The position numbers and the translations under genes are program-made. The notes beneath the pieces are model-generated. The model made no database searches, was not told the origin of the DNA, and was given only the letters and a program-made list of their open reading frames with translations. This document shows, piece by piece, positions 1 to 11,569 of a stretch of 64,000 nucleotides of DNA. Position 1 is the first letter of the stretch. Every line of letters starts with the position of its first letter. Location of the stretch: NCBI RefSeq assembly GCF_004010195.1, contig NC_057718.1:13557549-13621548 (forward strand). The letters are read 5' to 3'. The stretch comes from Chiloscyllium plagiosum. Its lineage: Eukaryota.

Positions 1-409
1 TCTAATCCAAATGCATCATCACAATATTGGTAATATTTAATGCATGTTATCTCTTATTTTCTTCAAGTTTGTGATGTTCCACACTAGAAGGCTTAATTGT
101 TAGTAATGACTTCATCCAAAGTTAAGTTGTTGTCCTTACAATGTTCAATTTCTTTTGTTCAGATACTGTTATAGCTATCGACCAGTTTGAAATGGTTATT
201 ATTGTTTATTGTATACAACTAAAGTATCAGCTTGGTTCAACGTACTGTTAGGGTAAAAGAACTTGATAAGGCAAAGAAACTTCTAGGGTTTTGGGGGGGA
301 AATAGGGGAGTGGAACTAAGACAGCCAACATAAACTCATTAGCCTCCTTCAATTCTGTATCATGCTCTGAATTTGTGCTTTTGGGTATCTGCCAATAATT
401 TGTTAAAAT

Positions 410-657
410 TAATAAATAGCTTTTAAGCTTAGACGTGCAATTCTTGCAGAGTGCAATTTGGCTGCTCCAACATTCAAGCTTTTAGCAAGTGATACCGGTC
501 TTACGACAGCTCATGGTCAAGGTGCTCTCCAGAAATGTCATGAAGTTTTACATAAGGGAAACAAAAGGGGTAGGACAGATAAAGAAGCCAATTATGCAAA
601 AGACAGTCAACACGAAAAGTATAATCACAGAAATTATTCACTTCAAAACAAAAATAT
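410..657 (-). pseudogene. Dynein-like pseudo-exon (R)YFCFEVNNFCDY...KLHDISGEHLDHELS*; lower boundary uncertain
   Basis: Acceptor tttattcccAG. Phase 2 start completes the AG|A codon from the 4714 exon. Internal stops. Confidence 0.45.
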
Positions 658-1399
658 CTGGGAATAAAAGTCAGAAATTGTTTGAAGTTATTATCATCAG
701 TCCCCAAACACGAGTTGATTTTGTGGGATTTTTTTTCAATTTAAATGTTATTTTTATTTTGAATTAGATTTCTGAGGTCTTATACAAATTAAGAATGAAG
801 CTGTCCTATTAATTATTAAATGTGTAAATATATTTGTATTAGCCCGTAGGGGATTTGGTTAACTTAGTAGGTTCAACACCTGTGTCAACTGAGGTCATGA
901 TGAAAACTCCGCCTTCTCAACCTAGCCCATCACCTGAGGTATGGTGACCTTCAGTTCGAATTCACCACAGGTCATCTCTCTCTAAATGAGAAAGCAGCCC
1001 ATGGTCTTCTGGGACTGTCACACGGCTGACTAATTCTTTTTAAATAAGCTGCTTTAAAACTCTCCTCCTTTAGCAAAGGCACGTTAACAGTTTTTTTTTA
1101 AATATTTCAAGTATGTAAATTTTACTTACATGAAAAACTGCTTCTAGTCAGAGGGACAGTAACTAGATGACATAGCAGGTATGGAGGGCTCATATGTCAG
1201 AGTCCCTATAGATTATATAAAAAGTACAGGGGAACTTTAAAAGGAAATTAAAAAGCTCAAAGACTGTATGAGAAAGCACAGGTAGGTAAAATAAAGCAAA
1301 TTAGAAAGGGGCTTTTAACAATTATGTAAAGAGCAAGAGAAAACAAAGAGAAAAGTGGGCCTGATAGGGACGTAATCTGTTGGTGGTGTCACCAGGACC

Positions 1400-2620
1400 C
1401 TGCACAGTTTCAGTAAGACCTCTCTACTCTTTTACTGCACCCCCCTTGAAATAAGGGCCAAAGGCCCATTAGCCTTCCAGATTACCTGCAGTACTTGTGT
1501 GCTAGCTTTTTGACTTTTCTGCACAAGTACCCTCAAGTTCCTTTGTGTTGCAATTTGCACTTTGTAAACTGCTTGCATCTCTCTCACAACTTACCTTTCT
1601 ACCTATTTTTGTCATCAGCAAATTTATCTACAGTACATTCGCTTCCTTCCTCCAAGTCATTAATATACATTGTGAACAGCTGCAGTCGCAGCACTGATCT
1701 CTGTGGAGTCCCATTGGCCATGGGTCACCAAGCTACAAAGAAACCCTTTATCCTCACTGCTGCCCAACTGCCAATTCTCCATCGTGCCAACACCAGGCTC
1801 ATCTTATGACTTAACTTTCAGTGAAGTACCTTCTCAAACATCTTTCAAAAGTCCAAATACTACTAGTTCCCCTCTATCCATTCTGATCGAGACTTCCTTG
1901 AAAAACTAATAAATTAGCCAGTCATGATTTCCTTTCATGAAGCCATGCTGACTCCACTTGATTACATTAGGATTTCCTATTATTCTGCCATTACTTTCTT
2001 TATAAACTGATTCCAACATTCTTCCAATAAACAAATTAGGCTAATTGGCAGATAGTCCTGCTTTTTGAATAGAGATATCACATTGGTAGTTTTCCAATCC
2101 TCCGGTACTTTTCCATAACCAAAGGATTTTTAAGATAATTACAACCACTGCTACCTCTTTTAGGATCATGGGATGCAAACCATCAGGAGCAAGGGACCTA
2201 TCTGCCTTTAGCCCCATTAGTTTGCCTAATCCTACTTCTCTAGTGATGATGTTAGCCCTTAACTTTTCCCCTGTATTCTTTAGGATTATACGGGCAGGTT
2301 TGAAATATCATCCGCTATAAAGACTGAGACAAAATATCTGCTTAACTCCTTTGCCATTTCATTATTCCCCATTCCGATCTCCACAGATTCATCTTCTAAG
2401 GGGCCTATGTTCACTTTGACCTCTCTCCATTTATATATTTAAAGAAGCTCTTATCGTCAGTTTTTATATTTCCTCCTTCGTTTGTTCTTGTACTTAATTA
2501 TCTATCATGCTTTTAGTCCTCTTTTGCTGGATTTATCTCAGTTTTCAGAGCTATCACTAACTTTTGCCTCCTTCTAAATTTTCCTCTTTCAACCTAACAC
2601 TCTCCTTAACTTCCTTGGTT
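1400..2620 (-). mobile_element. Old CR1 ORF2 fragments
   Basis: Reverse-strand degenerate RT N-terminal motifs (QHGFMKGKS-like at ~1925-1950). Confidence 0.7.
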
Positions 2621-2639
2621 AGACTTTTTCTTAAGGTAA

Positions 2640-3790
2640 TTAGGTAATCAGGAAGGTTGATGAGGATAATATATTTGATGTGGTCAATACAATCTTTAGC
2701 AAGGGTTTAGACAAAGTCTGTTTTCGTAGATTTGTCAAGAAAGTAAGAGCCTATGGGTTCTAAGGCAAGGTAGCATGTTGGAAAATTTACTGAGAGGCAG
2801 GAAGCAGAAGCTGATAGTAGAGGGATGTTTCTATGACTGAAAGTCTGTTTCCAATGGTGTGTTTCCACAAAGCTCAGTGCTGTGACCTAGCTATTTGTGG
2901 CGTACATTAATGATATAGACTTAAATGATATATATCAGAAAACTCGTCAAGGACACAAAAATTGGTAGGCTGCTAAATAGTGTGAATAGCTGTAAACTGC
3001 AGGAAGATATCAATGGACTGCTCAGATGGGCAGAACAGTGGCAAATGGAATTCAACCCAGAAAACTAAGAGGATTTGGAGAGATACAAGTCTGGAAGGTG
3101 TGATGATCAGAGGGACCTTGGTGTGGATATCCACAGATCCCTTATGTTAGAAGGCCAGGTAGATGATGTAGTTAAAACGACATATGGGATACTCGCCTTT
3201 ATTAGCCAAAACAAAGAATACAAAAGCTTATAAGGATACAAGGTTAAGCTACAACTATATAAAACACTGATTCAACCATAACTGGAGCATACCATGCAGT
3301 TCTGGTCACCACATTTATAGGAAGGATGTGCTTGCAATAGAGACATTGCAGAGGAGACTTACGAGGTTGCCACCTGGGCTACAAAGAAAGATTGGATAGG
3401 CTGGAGTTACTTGCGCTGGAGCTGTGAAGGTTGAGAAGGAACCTGACAGAGGCATATAAGATTATGAGAGGTATTGATAGGTTGTATAATGCACAGTTTT
3501 TCCTCAGTAGAGGGCTCAATAATTGAGGGCATAGATTTAAGGAAAGAGGTAAAAGGCCATAAGGGGGAGTTGATAAGAAATGATTTCACTCAGTCTGGAA
3601 ATCACTGCCCAAAGGGTGGTTGAGTCACAAACTCCAGAAACATTTAAGCAGTACTAAGATATTAACTCGTGTTACCATAGCTTGACCTATGGGTTAAGAG
3701 CTGGAAAATAGGATTAACGCAGTCTTATCTTTGTTGACTGGCACAGAAACAATAGAATGTTCTCTTTCTGTGCTGTTAACATTTTTAATA
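2640..3790 (+). mobile_element. Old CR1 RT/3' fragment
   Basis: Degenerate FSK.LDKV, QWQMEFNP, QFWSP and RLRGDL-like motifs. Confidence 0.8.
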
Positions 3791-3871
3791 TATATTTAAG
3801 GAGATTTTCAAAAGGGGAGGCAGAAATAATCTTTGTCGTGCTTTATGACATGGAATGCACTCCCCAAAAAA

Positions 3872-4232
3872 TGGGAAGGTGATGGCCCAGTGGTATTGTC
3901 ACTGGACTGTTAATCCAGAGACCAGGTAATGTTCTGGGAATCTGATTTTAAATCCCACCATGGCAGATGGTGGATCCGAATTCAAGAAAAATTTGGAATT
4001 AAGAGCCCAATGTTGACAATGACTCCACTGTCAATCATCAGAAAAAAAACCCACCAGGTTCACTCATGTTTTTTAGGGAAGGAAACTACCATCCTTACCT
4101 GGTCTGGTCTTTTTGTAACTCCACATCTACAGCAATGTGGTTAACTCTTAACTGCCTTCCAGACAATTAGGGATAGGCTATAAATGCTGGCCTAGCCAGT
4201 GATACCCACATTCCACGAATAAATTAATAAAA
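3872..4232 (+). mobile_element. tRNA-derived SINE with L2-like tail; other copies at ~12175-12515(-), 32470-32800(+), 41770-42120(-)
   Basis: tggcccagtggtattgtcactggact head and aatgctggcctagccag tail shared among copies. Confidence 0.7.
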
Positions 4233-4713
4233 ACTTGGTGGTGGACACAGATACAACTGTAACTTTCAAAATGGGACATCATCTATACATGAATTTTTCT
4301 TTTCAGTGAAAGACTTGGGATGGCCTGACTACTGGATAGCTTTTTCAAAGAGCTGGCATTGGAATAATTGTGTTGTATAAAAAGTGATAGGGAAAGGAAG
4401 GTTGAGTTTAAAGTATTCTGGTACATCAGAAAATACAATGCAATGGAATGATAGAGTACCTCATCATCATTGGAAATCTGAAGATGCTGAATTGAAGCCT
4501 GAGTCAGGGAACAGATGTAGCTCCAGATGCAAGAACCTCTCTCCCAACCCACTACTGAAAGTGCCTTCACTATCTCACTCATCATAGCGAGATAGAGATG
4601 ACATCTGTCAAGGTCCAAAACCTTGAATGAAGAAGAAACACAGTGGATTTAGAATAACAGAGGACAAAAAAAGTTTCATGTGTACTTGTTCAAAAATGAG
4701 ACAATAATCATAC

Positions 4714-4823
4714 CTAAACCTTCTCCACTCCTGGCTTAAAAAATAATCTTCAGACAGGGTGTACTTTTGAATTTCCTTCTTTACAATTCTTAGCAGCTCA
4801 TTAAACATATGCTTACAATTTCA
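4714..4823 (-). pseudogene. Pseudo-exon *NCKHMFNELLRIVKKEIQKYTLSEDYFLSQEWRRF(R)
   Basis: ttttgtAG acceptor, GTatga donor, 110 nt (phase 0 to 2). First codon is TGA. Confidence 0.55.
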
Positions 4824-6642
4824 CTACAAAATTGCTCACAGAAGAATTACCTTCTCGTCTGCAATAACTGCTACCTCCCTCCCATTTGCCATTGGCAAGA
4901 TAACACACCAGATATAAAATAATATTATTTAAACCAAAATATCTGGCTTTGTTCTAAAAATTGGCATCTTGCAAGTTTTTTGGCAGCTTACTAGCTCCAC
5001 TTCAATCATCACAATGACAGTATCAGAGGGCATCTATTTTACAAAATATGCTGCAAATGTCAAAATGAAGCAATAGGTTATAAAAATGTAGGATTGTTTA
5101 TCAGTGTTTGTCAGTTATTTCAGATAAGACATTTATGTCTGGAAACAGACATACTTGCTGTCACAAAATATTTTGAGGAACTTGATTAAAATGATTTTGC
5201 GACATGATCAGACGTTTAAGAAAGAGACCCTCAACATCAGCTTCCTTAGCCCAGAAATTATTTGGTTTTGTTTTCACAAGGGAAATAAACTTGCACCCTG
5301 CTTAAACCAAGTTCTGCAGCCTTGATAATTAAATTCACTAAGTCCGGTGACATGGAGTTTTCAACTAAATTGCCAATCCACAAAGACAGAACTTGACAAC
5401 GAATAATATTTTATCATTATGAACTTAACATTTTTAAAAATTATTTAATTAGCAGATGTAATATACACTGATGTAGATTTTTATTTTCACCATCTACTGC
5501 AAAAAATCCTTTACTCAGCCATCCAATTTTTAAAAATTCACTCATGGGATGTGGGTTTTACTGGCTAGGCCAGCATTTATTGCCCATCCCTAGGTGCCCT
5601 CAGGAAGGTGGCAGCGAGCGGTCTAAACTTTATTCTAGATTTTTGTTGCAATGAAAAACTATTCAACTCTTTGGTTTAGAGTTAATACGAATAGCCATCC
5701 TTTAAGCCCTTTAAATCTTTCAGTCAGATTACAGTTGTCTTTGGAAATTTTTAATGATCCTGAACAAGTCTTCCAGATTTCCACAGCAACAAAGTGTTCC
5801 CTGATTTTACTCTTAAATAGCCTGGTTTTAATTTTAAGTTTGTGCCCCTTGTTCTCAACTCCCATACCAGATAAACTAGTTAATTTGTGCCAAACTCATT
5901 AAACCCTTTTGTCAACATTATCCTTCAAAATCTGAATCACATTTATGAAACCCATCATTCTAACACAGCTCTTCAGAGTCCGAAATTCTGCTATCTTGTA
6001 TTGTACACCCTCCAACCTTTTCTGAGGTTTAAGTGGTCAAATCAGAAATGAGCGTCGGCTTTAGCTCAGTTCAGAACATCCCCCTCCCTGTGACAAAATG
6101 TTAAAAGTTCAAGCTCCATCTCCATCAAACGAGTGCAAAACTTGAGCTAGAGCAATGAGGGAGTTGGAGGTGTCTATGCTCAGGTGAAACATCAAACTGA
6201 GGTTAACCTCATGGGTGGATGGAAATTATGTGACCACAGCATTCTAAAAGGGGAGTGGGGAATTTTCCTTCAATGTTCTGCCCAATTACTATCACTTAAC
6301 CACCTCCTAAAAGATTATTACCTGACGAGCGAATTGTGGAGGCAAGGCAATGGCTAGGGCTGGGAGTGGGAGAAGGGATGACCTGCATCAGGATAAGGGA
6401 AAGACATGCATTGATAGTACGTGAATAGGGTGCCCAGCTTCGAGACATTGGGAAGCAGTTTCTATTTGTCCATTTTGTGCATTAATGTTTGCAAAAAAAA
6501 AAATTACAAGTCTAAAGACTTCTCTTCCTGCAGCACTATTTTTGGAACTGGCTGCTGCTTGCTGCTATTTCCCAATTACATCAGTTTTTATATGAGTAAC
6601 AGCTTGGAAAATTATGAACAGTATTCTGCGATGTACACTTAC

Positions 6643-6813
6643 AGTTTTTAGTTCACTTGTTAACCTCCTAAGTGTATACTCCAAGACTTGTTCTACCGAA
6701 GACATGAGACAATCTCGTAGTGCATTCAGTATCCTGTCTATTAACAAAGATAGGAGAGCACTGACATCAGTAATGCACTGGATGCAAGTTTTCTATGATA
6801 ATTTTCTATTGGC
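6643..6813 (-). pseudogene. Pseudo-exon ANRKLS*KTCIQCITDVSALLSLLIDRILNALRDCLMSSVEQVLEYTLRRLTSELKT
   Basis: ttgttcctAG acceptor, GTaagt donor, 171 nt (phase 0 to 0). In-frame TAG at 6793-6795. Confidence 0.7.
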
Positions 6814-7307
6814 CTAGGAACAAACCAAATAATTTCTTTCTTAAAAAAAAGGATTGATAATTGAGAATAGGTTCACTAAAATGCTTAGCAAGCTATATTC
6901 AGTAAAGTAAGTAATCAGTGTCAAACTCATTTTGCAGAATGCTCGACAGCAACCTATTAGTGTCAGACCCAGAAAGGCAATGACGGAGGCAGATCTTCAA
7001 GTCATTAACCCAGGCCTATTGAATACACTTTGATTTCTAAAACAGGGACACTATTACTGCATTGCAGAAATTAAATTTAAGCATTTTCTTTCCCCCTGAA
7101 GTAGGGAAAGGAATCAATGTTAGTGGTGGATTGCTGAGCAGTGTAAAAACAATTTGTGGCAAAAGAGAAACTGATATCTTGAAAGCCAACACAGATTAAC
7201 ACATTTTAAATAAATATACCTAGAAGCACTACAATAGCCAGATTAGATGTTCTGTTAACAAATGGCGTATGAAAAATAAGTAGGAGTTCAGAGGACTCTC
7301 AGCCTAC

Positions 7308-7450
7308 CGATTTCCTGAGATAAGTTATTGTTACAGCACTCTTTGAAGCACACTTGTGTCTCCAAGAATGTAGGTTCCAATTTGTTTCTCCATTGCTGAC
7401 TGACCACAGGGTCAGCAGGGACCAATCCAACCAATTACAATCAGCAAACA
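7308..7450 (-). pseudogene. Pseudo-exon, 143 nt (phase 1 to 0)
   Basis: tacttttcAG acceptor, GTaggc donor. Phases match both neighbouring exons. Confidence 0.55.
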
Positions 7451-7609
7451 CTGAAAAGTACTTCAGGGTGTGAAAGGTATGGTGTAAATGCAATGATTTT
7501 CTTTACACCACACAGAAGGTAGTCTTTCAATTTTCACATCATTGTACACCTATATTGAAATAATTTGCAAATTAAAACTGAAAAACATTGAACATTCATG
7601 TCAACTATA

Positions 7610-7860
7610 AAACAGACCTAAAGGGGGCAACGTTTTCACACAGAGACTGGTACATGTATGGAATGAGCTGCCGGAGGAAGTGGTGGAGGCTGGTACAATT
7701 ACAACATTTAAAAGGCATCTGGATGGGTATATGAATAGGAAGGGTTTGGAAGGATATGGGCCGGGTACTGGCAGGTGGGAGATTGGGTTGGGATATCTGG
7801 CCGGCATGGACGGGTTGGACCAAAGGGTATGTTTCCATGCTGTACATCTAAGACTATAAC
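7610..7860 (+). mobile_element. 5'-truncated CR1 3' end
   Basis: Near-identical to 61795-62045. Confidence 0.92.
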
Positions 7861-7959
7861 TACTCAACTCCATATTTAAAAAATAATGCACAATTCCCAA
7901 ATATATTAAAATGTCAATAAAATAAAAAGCTAATTAAAAGCTAATGATTATATTTCTTC

Positions 7960-9000
7960 CCTTCACACATCAACGTTTAGCAGCAATCGCAAGAAGTAGT
8001 AGTAGTTAACACCAATAATTACAAATGGTCACTGTGCTGTTCCTCACACCCGCAGAGATAAATAACATGAACAAGTTAATCTATTCTCTTCTCATCACAC
8101 ATATATAAAACCTGTCCTCAATTCTTGGTGAGACTACTATCTCAACACTGCAAATTTTGTTTTATAAATAGTTTTGCTCATAAGTCCACTACGCAAGAGA
8201 TAGCCAACCACTCGTGGATTTCATAAAAACAAATGCTTCTAATTGCTGAAACATAAACTTACATTAAAATGGCTTATGCATGACTTGTTATTTGGCTTGT
8301 TGAAATAAGTGTTCTAAGTGACCTGCGAAAAAATTATCTAAAAATAAACCAGCTATTGACTTTTCTTTAAAAGAAAAAGCTATTCACAGTTTGGTCTCGT
8401 TTCTGTACTTTTTCAGGATGCCAACATTAGTGTCCACTGATCTTAACTTTTTTGACCATTTCTTTGTTCTCTTTCACTAGCCCCACAGTAATATTTTTAA
8501 TGACTTGCAAACCTTTTTTATGATATTTGTACTGCATTTCTGATTGCCCCTTTTCAGCATCATAGCTGCCTGACTGCTTTTTATCAATACTGCCTTTGTT
8601 TTTTTTTTGGCTACTTACTCATCTATGTATAATCATTCACTATCTTTTAACATTAGTCTCCAAGCCCTTGGATATCATACCCCACAAACATTGCTCATAT
8701 TAACAAATAAAAGACTTTGAACATCTGTATATCCATTCAATGGATTAACAAATTACAGTGACACATTTAGTTCTGACTTTGCTCTACAAAGAGTAATTAT
8801 CTTTAGGTTTTAACACTATGGGAAATGAAGCCCACTACCAAATAATTTTAGCGGTCTTTATTCATATGTTCTTGCAAGAACAGGTGTCCCAAAGTAGGCA
8901 CACTCCAGAATAAGATCAGCACATTTTTATACAGTTTCTTTGAGTCTCTCGGTTCTTCCCCTTTTACCTTATTGAGTTAGCATACAAAGCGTCAAACCTA
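7960..9000 (+). other. Unassigned degraded coding-like sequence upstream of the L fragment; possible viral membrane/glycoprotein remnants
   Basis: No recognisable repeat. The frame from ATG ~8418 gives a hydrophobic TM-like stretch followed by N-x-S/T sequons, with scattered stops. Confidence 0.3.
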
Positions 9001-9446
9001 TCACAAGTATTCGTAACTCTCCGCCCTTGTTTACTTCTCCCCTTACTCTTTCTTCAGCGCCCCTTACCCATGTTTATTTCTTGCCTTATTTGGTTACCCT
9101 TATCCCATCCAGTTCCTTGTTTTTGACAAATTGCAGCTTGCTAGTCTAACCGTTTTACCACATCCCTCAGTGGTCTACCATTAGCGTGCACCCCCCTTCA
9201 CTGCTAGCTGAGTATTATGTCTTCGGCGTACGTGACTTCTGCATTATGGCTTTTGCTAAAGCAACACTTCTTCTCCGATAGCCCACAGACTTCTGAGTAC
9301 GTGACTTCTGCAGAAGCAATACTTACACACATCTTCTACAAACACAATGTGGAGATCCAGAATTAAACAGTCACAAAAACTTGTGGTCCGAGACCTGCCA
9401 CTTTCTTCCTTCTGCAATACATCAGTTCCAAGGCTGCTATTTGTAA

Positions 9447-9675
9447 CTGTGAAGAGACAAAATGCTGGAGAAACTCAGCAGGTTTGACTGCATTTGAAGA
9501 GAGAAAAACAGTTAACATTTTGAGTGCAATACAACTCTTCTTCAGAACGGAAGACTCATATTTGACTCAAAACATTAACTATGTTTCTCTCCACAGATAC
9601 TGCCAGATGTGCTTAGTTCTCTTCCACCATTTTCTCCTTATTTCAGAGTTTCAGCATCCACAATATTTTGCTACA
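9447..9675. repeat. Older palindromic PLE-derived element inserted in the viral L fragment
   Basis: aaatgctggagaaactcagcagg ... degenerate inverted arm; related halves at ~38710-38810 and ~57655-57745. Confidence 0.7.
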
Positions 9676-10289
9676 ATTTGGAGACCTGTGTATTTGAGCA
9701 TCTGAATATATGAAAGAATAACAAACATAATAGAAAAAGTGACAACATAAAGCCACTAGGATGTTACCAGAGATGGCGGGTTACGGGTATGAAGAAGGAA
9801 ACTAGGGCCGTTTGGCGAGAGGCATAACAAGTCTTCATCTTTATTATCGTGCTTCCTCTCGAGACTGGGAGAAGCTTACTGACATCTGTTGAGATTTGAG
9901 ATTCTTTGTGATGGAATTTTTAAAGTTGTTAGCTTTGCATCAGTATTCATTTTTGAACAGCTCGGACTTCTTAAATTATGCATTTTGCAAAACTTTAACA
10001 CTCAGAGTATTAACAAAGTTATCAAGTGATGCCCTAACATATTTTTGTAATGCAAGGTATTTCTAGGTTAGACAGCTATAATTATTTCATTGCTTTGAAG
10101 ATTAATTAATTTGCTTGTCTTTGCAGTTACTTCCATATTTAAGGGGTTATGATGGGCTAAAGTTTTGCCTTCAAACATGATTTGATTGTTTGTCCCAGAG
10201 TTGCAGTGTAATTTTAAAATTTACACTTCTTTTGTTATGCTTGTTATCATCAAGTTGACAATAATTCAACGAAGTTAATCAGTAACCCA

Positions 10290-10470
10290 GCATCCTGGCT
10301 TGCATGAACTATCCAACAGATGAACAAATTAGCAAGGTTTGTCATATCTTGAAAAATCTTGTGATCTAGTCAAGATATGTAAAATGTTCGCAAGATTTCA
10401 AAGGTTAGATTACAGGAAAAACATTTTCTCTGATGGGGAAATCTAGAACAAGGGGTCTTAATTTGATAAT
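10290..10470 (+). mobile_element. Degenerate CR1 3' fragment inside the viral element
   Basis: PGLHELS..GLSYLEK..DLVKICKMF..FSLMGKSRTRG resembles the CR1 C-terminal PGLEDLS..GLFSLE..DLTEVYK..GESRTRG seen at 61589-61770. Confidence 0.6.
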
Positions 10471-11029
10471 GTTACACGCTCACTGAAAATGTAATCAATA
10501 CTAGGTCAACCAAATTTTTAAGACCAATAAAGATTTTTGTTAAATACATGTACCAAAAAGATACAGCCAAAAATATCTGAACGTCTAACACTACTGGTGC
10601 TCCTAATTTAGTGAAATGGATGATTTTTCTCTTAGATGCGTACGTCAAGGAATATGGCATACTATGACCCTCAGTTGGACTGGTTTGCCAAACATTCTGT
10701 GGTAAATTAGAAATTACTTGAGAAGACTTGCAGAACAGTTTCCATCTGTCACAAATGAGAAATTTGACAGGCTGGCATTCGAAAAGTTTAGCAACATTAG
10801 CAATGTTAATTTGTTGCAGATCAAAAAGCTGCAACATGGAGCCTGGATATATTTTAAAAGTGCATTGGGTTCACTGCTGGCAAGTATACTCTCTTTTTAC
10901 ACATACATTGCCATGGCGTAAACTTTGTTGACACAAATCACATTTCTTGCTCTTGGTTTCACAACAATCCTATCTTTCAGCTTCCACTTAGTTTGCCAAA
11001 AACGCAAAGAAAGCATGGTCTTTTATGGT

Positions 11030-11560
11030 AAACAACAAAAACCAAAGAACTGCAGACATTGGAAATCAGAAACAAAAACAATAATTGCCAGAAAAGCTCA
11101 GCAGGTCTAGCAGCAGCTGTGGAGAGAAAGTAGACTAGACATTTCAGATCCAGTGACGCTCCTTCAGAATGGATTGTAGCTGTGAAAAGGTTAAAGAGCG
11201 AGAACATTTGTTGGACAGACAAAGGAACAGTAAAGGTCAGCCAGGGAGAATTACTTGCTACTAATGGGGACCATTAGTAGCTGAAAATGGGTTGGTTGTG
11301 GTAGCAGTCCATGTGATGACAAGGCCTGGTGCGTGAAATCTGGGGTAAGGACATGGGAGAAAATGCTCAGGATCTAAAATTATTAAACACCATTTTGTGT
11401 CTTGAAAGCTGCAGGCACCCCAAGCAGAAATGAGATGCAGTTCTTCTAGCTTGCTCTGAGCTTTGCTGGAGCACTGCAGCAAGCCTGAGGCAATGATGCT
11501 GGCCTGGGAACACGGTGGTGTGTTGAAGTGGCAGGCAACAGGAAGCTCAGGGTCTTTTTG
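11030..11560 (-). mobile_element. Penelope-like 3' fragment (endonuclease C-terminus plus terminal repeat)
   Basis: LPVACHFN..GLLQC..KLEELHLI motif typical of PLE GIY-YIG C-termini. Confidence 0.75.
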
Positions 11561-11569
11561 CACAAAATG

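Larger units (their letters stand above)
9070..11028 (+). pseudogene. Endogenous Mononegavirales (paramyxo/filovirus-like) L polymerase fragment, N-terminal about 500-550 aa, heavily disrupted
   Basis: Collinear motifs across frames: LSHPV..DKLQLASLTVLPHP (9100-9166), LLKLCILQNFNTQSINKV (~9967-10020), LFVPELQCN..CYACYHQVD, SILGQP (~10495-10512), VKYMYQK, LLDAYVKEYGIL*P, IRNYLRR..QFP, ADQKAAT, WIYF..ALG, FSFHL..KRKE. Order matches L-protein N-terminus to the start of conserved region II. Confidence 0.7.

Noticed and set aside
450..667. Plus-strand terminal exon (AG acceptor, 69-aa ORF, AATAAA at the stop)
   Set aside because: The minus-strand reading has a good acceptor, joins the dynein-like chain in phase and gives a more protein-like peptide. 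The plus ORF is probably incidental, though not fully excluded.
8395..8430. Minus-strand WHPEK resembling the HPDK J-domain motif of polyoma/adomavirus T antigens
   Set aside because: Isolated four-residue similarity with no surrounding J-domain or helicase motifs.
9985..10070. Alternative frame TLRVLTKLSSDALTYFCNARYF resembling arenavirus/bunyavirus L
   Set aside because: Single motif; the collinear series of Mononegavirales motifs explains the region better.
10472..10837. 121-aa minus-strand ORF
   Set aside because: Antisense shadow of the plus-strand viral L fragment; no recognisable homology.
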